From: Verrucomicrobiota bacterium
Lineage (GTDB): Bacteria; Verrucomicrobiota; Verrucomicrobiia; Verrucomicrobiales; DEV007
NCBI GenBank assembly: GCA_045046875.1
Contig: JASFYY010000018.1
Span: forward strand, 1 to 64,000
Direction: 5' to 3'
DNA length: 64,000 nt
The translations under genes and the position numbers were made by a program. This document shows, one piece after another, positions 59,680 to 64,000 of this stretch (positions within the stretch are counted from its first letter, which is position 1; each line of letters begins with the position of its first letter). The notes under the pieces are model-generated. The model was not told the origin of the DNA. It saw only the letters and a list, made by a program, of their open reading frames with translations, and ran no database searches.

Positions 59680-60243
59680 ATGAAATTAGTGATGATTGTG
59701 ACAGGGGCTTTGGTGATGGGTGTGGTGGGTTGTAAAAAACCGGAGGCGGGGACGGTGGCGAAACGCAGTGAGTATTCCGATGTGGAGCCGGTTGAGCAAT
59801 CTTCGGTTTTGGCTTTGCCGATTGAACGAACCATCACAGGGAAAGATGGCAGGGAATTGGATGTGACGATTATCAAGCGTACAACGACCCATATCGCGAT
59901 TGTGAGAAAGCGGGATCAGAAGGCTTTTACCCTAGCGCTTGAGAAACTTTCAGACGCAGATCGGGAATTTGTGAAAACTCTGCCGGTTTCGGAGAAATTG
60001 GTTAAATCAAACGAGGACATCAGAGAGGAAGGCCGTAAAAAAGCCTTGCGGGAATTGGAGGAAAAAGTGCGGGAATTGGAAAAAGAATTGTTCACAGGAG
60101 CCTTGAACGGTTCCCAAACTTCGATGGTTGAAGGGAAGGTCCAACGGTTGAAGCGGGAGATTTTGAAATTGGGCGGAAAGACGGATCCAAGCGATTTCGT
60201 GCCTCGTGGAAAAAAGGGGTCCAGTGGGAATTTCATTCAGTGA
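59680..60243 (+). CDS. Hypothetical lipoprotein with SHD1-like domain
   Basis: Lipobox VVGC; RTITGKDGREL...LEKLSDADREFV. Confidence 0.72.
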   Translation: MKLVMIVTGALVMGVVGCKKPEAGTVAKRSEYSDVEPVEQSSVLALPIERTITGKDGRELDVTIIKRTTTHIAIVRKRDQKAFTLALEKLSDADREFVKTLPVSEKLVKSNEDIREEGRKKALRELEEKVRELEKELFTGALNGSQTSMVEGKVQRLKREILKLGGKTDPSDFVPRGKKGSSGNFIQ

Positions 60244-60376
60244 GATCCAACGAAATAGAGGAATTCTATAAATAAATGCTTTTTTTCTTGTATTAACATT
60301 GTGTTTACGGCATTTACATTGTAAAACAATTAATACCGAGTAAGTTATTACTGTAAAACCTTTGAATATTTGAGCC

Positions 60377-63300
60377 ATGAAAACAAAAATGAAGATTAAG
60401 GGGCTGAGGGAGCAACGACCAGAGCGTCAGAAAAAGAAGGGGGTGGCCTTGCTCACGGTGCTGACGGTGATGTCACTGGCAACTATTCTGGTGCTGACGT
60501 TTTTTACCATGGCGCAGAGTGAGTTGGAATCGGCGACCAGTTATTCTCAAGGCATGGAAGCCAAGCATCTGTCGGAAACGGCAGTGAATATGGTGATCGG
60601 GCAGATTCGCAGCGCGACAACTGGTTCGTGGGGGCAAGCGACACCACCTCAAGCGAAAGCGTATAGCTGGGCTTCCCAACCCGGAGTGATCCGGAATTAT
60701 GAAGTGAGTGGCACGATGGCTAAAGGCTTTAAGCTTTATTCTGATGACCGAATGGTTGAAACGGTGGAGGCAGATTTGGTGATCAGGGATGTGGCGGATC
60801 TTAAAACCTGGTCTTCCAACCCTGCTGTTTTTGTTGATTTAAATGAGCCGGTGATTCGGGGGAACAAGGTTTTTTATCCGATTGTGGATCCCCGCGCTAA
60901 GAGTATCCAGGAGGTGGAGGGTTTTGACTACAGCACGGCTGATGTTGGTAGAAGTCCTCTGGCGCAGGCGGTGAAAAGAGCTGACAGCCAAGCGGATAGT
61001 TTGCCGATGCCAGTGAAGTGGCTGTATCAATTGGAAGATGGCACGATGGGTTATATGCAGGCGGGTGGCAGTAAGGGGCGCTTTGTGCCTTTGGGCGGAG
61101 GAGGAAATCCGACTGAGCAGAATCCTATTGTTGGCCGGGTGGCATTTTGGACAGATGACGAGAGCTCGAAGTTGAATGTGAACACCGCAGCGGGGGGGAT
61201 GGTGTGGGACACTCCTCGTACCGGCGGGGACATTGATCGGAATTTTGGTCGTTATCAACCGGCGGCGCATGAATGGCAGCGTTACCCGGCGCATCCAGCG
61301 ACCACTTCCTTGTCGCCAGTATTTTTTCCAGGCAAGGCGGATATTGTACTCAATCGTAAAGCGATGGACATGATTTATGCCCTCACTCCGCGAGTGGTGG
61401 GCGGGGGTTCACGTGCGGGTTCAATGAAAGCTCAAGAGCCCAATGGATTGGTTCCGGACAAGGATCGGCTCTACCCTTCCCTTGATGAGTTTATTTTGCG
61501 TCCGGATAGGACGGAGAATGAGTTTCCAACGCAGTATATGAAGAGAGGTGGAGTGGCCCAACTACTGGAGCGCGCCCGTTTTTTTCTAACAGCGACCAGT
61601 CGAGCGCCGGAGGTGACTTTGTTTAACACGCCAAGGGTGAGTATTTGGCCGACTTATAACAAGAGGAGCTCATCCGATGAAAAATACGCCACACCGTTTG
61701 ATAATTTGATCAGGTTCACTGCGGAGGTGGGAGTGAATCCGTCCTCGAGCAATAAATATGACAGGCGCAATATCTATCATTTCCAGCGTGAAAATGCAGA
61801 TAGCTCGACATTTGATTATAACAACATTAAACGGAACAGAGAGTTGTATGCATACTTGGACGACTTGATGGAAACCAACATCCCTGGATTTGGTGGTAAT
61901 TTTAAGAGCAAGTATGGAAATAACAATCAGAATCAGTTACTGACTGAAATTTTTGATTATATACGTTCGACTAACCTTTTTGATGATACGATCTATGGTG
62001 AGAATTGGAAAAGTGCTTTCACGTCTGGCAATGGAGATAATCACCGGACTTACACAAATTTTCGGAAAAGTGATAAGAATGAGAGAGGGATTCATATGGG
62101 GCATGGGCAAGTTACTCCGATTCAAATAAATAAGGGAGGGGTCAATACGAGAGGCTTTGGGCGTTTCTACTCAATTGTTGAGGTGGGTGTGCAATTGATA
62201 TGCTGTGCAGATGGAAATGAAGGAGCGTGGAGCGCTTCAGGCGGGCAAGGAGGGGATGCTAATGATCGGTTTCAAACCCAAGTTTCAGGAGGTGGAGGAA
62301 AGAGCGGGGTTCCTTATCCAGAAAATGGAAAGGTTGCTTACAGTAATTATCCTCCAGGGACAACAGGTCCCGGTCCAGAAGGGCAAGCAGCAAATCACAA
62401 TAACATGTTGGCTATAGCCAATGGTGGTCAGCCGCTGAATCCGGGAGAAAAAATTGTGCAGGCGGCTATATTGTTCAAAATGTTTTCACCAAGTCAGGGA
62501 TGGGTTCCTATCAACCCGGATTTTAAATTCGATGTGTCGGGTGCGGGTAGCATTACGATTGGTGGCAAATCGGGATTGTTTCCGGGTTCGGCTACATGGA
62601 AGGCAAATGGGGTGCCTTTCACAGGAGTATGGAGTGGTCGGCATTATGGGGGGAATGGTGGATTCCGATCTTTGATGCGTTCTTCTAAAAAGATAAAGGG
62701 AAGATGGGGGAGAGTTGCTCCAGGAGACAGCGAATCAGCATCTGATTACAATACCTATCCTTGGATCAGTAGACCGTTTAAGATAACCGGAAATGTGGTA
62801 GCCTTCAGTGGCGCTACTCTTACAATAAAAATGTATTCGAATGTCGATGATGGCGGTAATCTGCCCTCTAGCCCTCAATCACCGGCCGAAGTGATTCAGA
62901 CAATAAGTCTGAATTTGAGTAAACTTAACGGGAATATGCCTACTCCGTCCCTCTCTTCCGGGAGAAGGGAATATATTAATGAATTTGGTGTGACTACTTT
63001 TCCGGAGGCTTCTCCTGGTGCATGGTGGAGTTTGTCCAATGACGGGGCTTTTTTGCAAGGTCAGGATTCAGCGGACAGGGGGCGCTTGTCGTGGTCAAAC
63101 AGCAGCCCTTATTATGGAGCGAGATTTATTAAGGAGGGCGACACGGTTTGGTCGATGGGGGTGCCACATGGAGACTATCGTCTTCTTGCAGCGAGAATGG
63201 ATCCAGGAAGCCTTTTCGAGCCTCATCCGTATGCTAAAGCAGGAGAGCAAATGGGGCATACTTTTTATTCTGCGTGGGGAAACTACTGGGGGTTTGCCGG

Positions 63301-64000
63301 GTCGGGTAGGCACGAAGGATCTAGAACCGTTGATCCCAAATTGCAATTGGTTCAGATTAGTGAATCAAGAGGGCATGCTCCGACCCCGCTGTGGAGGGAC
63401 TCCGTAAATTGGAATTTGTATGGAGATTTTGATAATGGCATGGGCAATGCTCAAGACGGTCCTTATATTAACAAGGCGGACGAAGGTAATACTCACTCGT
63501 TGAACCGGCCTGCCCCGGGTTCCGTGCCTAAAACAGCCTATGATATGCGACGTGATTATGGTGATTTCCCTTATTTTGTTCGGGAGTATATTCACGAACC
63601 TGGAGGGCCGTCGTATTTTTCTCCAAATCGAATTATGCCTGGGCCCGGGGTCTTCGGCTCGCTACCGACGGCGGCTTTAGATAATCAGGGATCTGGTTTG
63701 AATAACGGCGCTTGGCAGACCCTGCTTTTCCGGCCGGATATTGTAGGCAATGGCTACACTTCCCATCCGGGAGCTTTATCTCCTAAGGATCACTTGATCA
63801 TGGATTTGTTCTGGATGCCGGTGGTGGAGCCTTACGCGATCAGTGAAACGCTTTCCACTGCGGGTAAAATCAATATGAACTATCAAATTTTGCCGTTCTC
63901 TTATATCAAACGATCTACAGGTTTGCATGGAGTGTTCAAATCAGAAGTGATGATGACGGTTCCTAACAAGCACGCTAAGGATTACAAATCGGGATCGGGT
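60377..64000 (+). CDS. vccA: Verru_Chthon cassette protein A (PilX-like N-terminus), partial, runs off the window
   Basis: Own translation from ATG 60377: KKGVALLTVL, WASQPG, KLYSD, DLNEPV, PMPVKWLYQLEDG, NPIVGRVAFWTDDESSKLNVNTA, QRYPAHPATTSLSPV, and in the same frame DHLIMDLFWMPVVEPYAISE..STAGKINMNYQI. Confidence 0.9.
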   Translation, partial: MKTKMKIKGLREQRPERQKKKGVALLTVLTVMSLATILVLTFFTMAQSELESATSYSQGMEAKHLSETAVNMVIGQIRSATTGSWGQATPPQAKAYSWASQPGVIRNYEVSGTMAKGFKLYSDDRMVETVEADLVIRDVADLKTWSSNPAVFVDLNEPVIRGNKVFYPIVDPRAKSIQEVEGFDYSTADVGRSPLAQAVKRADSQADSLPMPVKWLYQLEDGTMGYMQAGGSKGRFVPLGGGGNPTEQNPIVGRVAFWTDDESSKLNVNTAAGGMVWDTPRTGGDIDRNFGRYQPAAHEWQRYPAHPATTSLSPVFFPGKADIVLNRKAMDMIYALTPRVVGGGSRAGSMKAQEPNGLVPDKDRLYPSLDEFILRPDRTENEFPTQYMKRGGVAQLLERARFFLTATSRAPEVTLFNTPRVSIWPTYNKRSSSDEKYATPFDNLIRFTAEVGVNPSSSNKYDRRNIYHFQRENADSSTFDYNNIKRNRELYAYLDDLMETNIPGFGGNFKSKYGNNNQNQLLTEIFDYIRSTNLFDDTIYGENWKSAFTSGNGDNHRTYTNFRKSDKNERGIHMGHGQVTPIQINKGGVNTRGFGRFYSIVEVGVQLICCADGNEGAWSASGGQGGDANDRFQTQVSGGGGKSGVPYPENGKVAYSNYPPGTTGPGPEGQAANHNNMLAIANGGQPLNPGEKIVQAAILFKMFSPSQGWVPINPDFKFDVSGAGSITIGGKSGLFPGSATWKANGVPFTGVWSGRHYGGNGGFRSLMRSSKKIKGRWGRVAPGDSESASDYNTYPWISRPFKITGNVVAFSGATLTIKMYSNVDDGGNLPSSPQSPAEVIQTISLNLSKLNGNMPTPSLSSGRREYINEFGVTTFPEASPGAWWSLSNDGAFLQGQDSADRGRLSWSNSSPYYGARFIKEGDTVWSMGVPHGDYRLLAARMDPGSLFEPHPYAKAGEQMGHTFYSAWGNYWGFAGSGRHEGSRTVDPKLQLVQISESRGHAPTPLWRDSVNWNLYGDFDNGMGNAQDGPYINKADEGNTHSLNRPAPGSVPKTAYDMRRDYGDFPYFVREYIHEPGGPSYFSPNRIMPGPGVFGSLPTAALDNQGSGLNNGAWQTLLFRPDIVGNGYTSHPGALSPKDHLIMDLFWMPVVEPYAISETLSTAGKINMNYQILPFSYIKRSTGLHGVFKSEVMMTVPNKHAKDYKSGSG

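Noticed and set aside
60473..63595. Short ORFs listed in the last 3.6 kb
   Set aside because: All lie within the single long vccA frame

Overview
Chromosomal segment of a Verrucomicrobia (PVC superphylum) bacterium, judged from lineage-typical genes: a Verru_Chthon cassette protein A, DUF5069, a DUF1592/DUF1552 pair, an LpxL-WaaF fusion and a short ATP synthase delta subunit. Most of the window is housekeeping or metabolic: rsmE-dnaJ-grpE, a PP2C/STAS pair, metX, aspS-hisS, recF, tRNA-Phe, the complete atpBEFHAGDC operon, secG, surE, a cyclophilin, psd and a sulfatase. The most notable items are: (1) an accessory islet after tRNA-Phe, with a degenerate copy of the tRNA 3' end, encoding an uncharacterised protein with primase-polymerase-like motifs, an AAA ATPase, an HTH-WYL regulator and a vWA protein; (2) a periplasmic module pairing a PQQ-type dehydrogenase with a Tat-exported sulfocyanin-like copper protein whose axial Met position is His; (3) a dispersed GTAG-hairpin REP family with compensatory stem changes, plus a RAYT-like transposase fragment at the window edge; (4) a perfect Rex-type operator upstream of the ATP synthase operon; (5) a >1200-codon vccA gene missed by the ORF track because it runs off the right edge. 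All family assignments come from motif recognition by eye; no database search was run.
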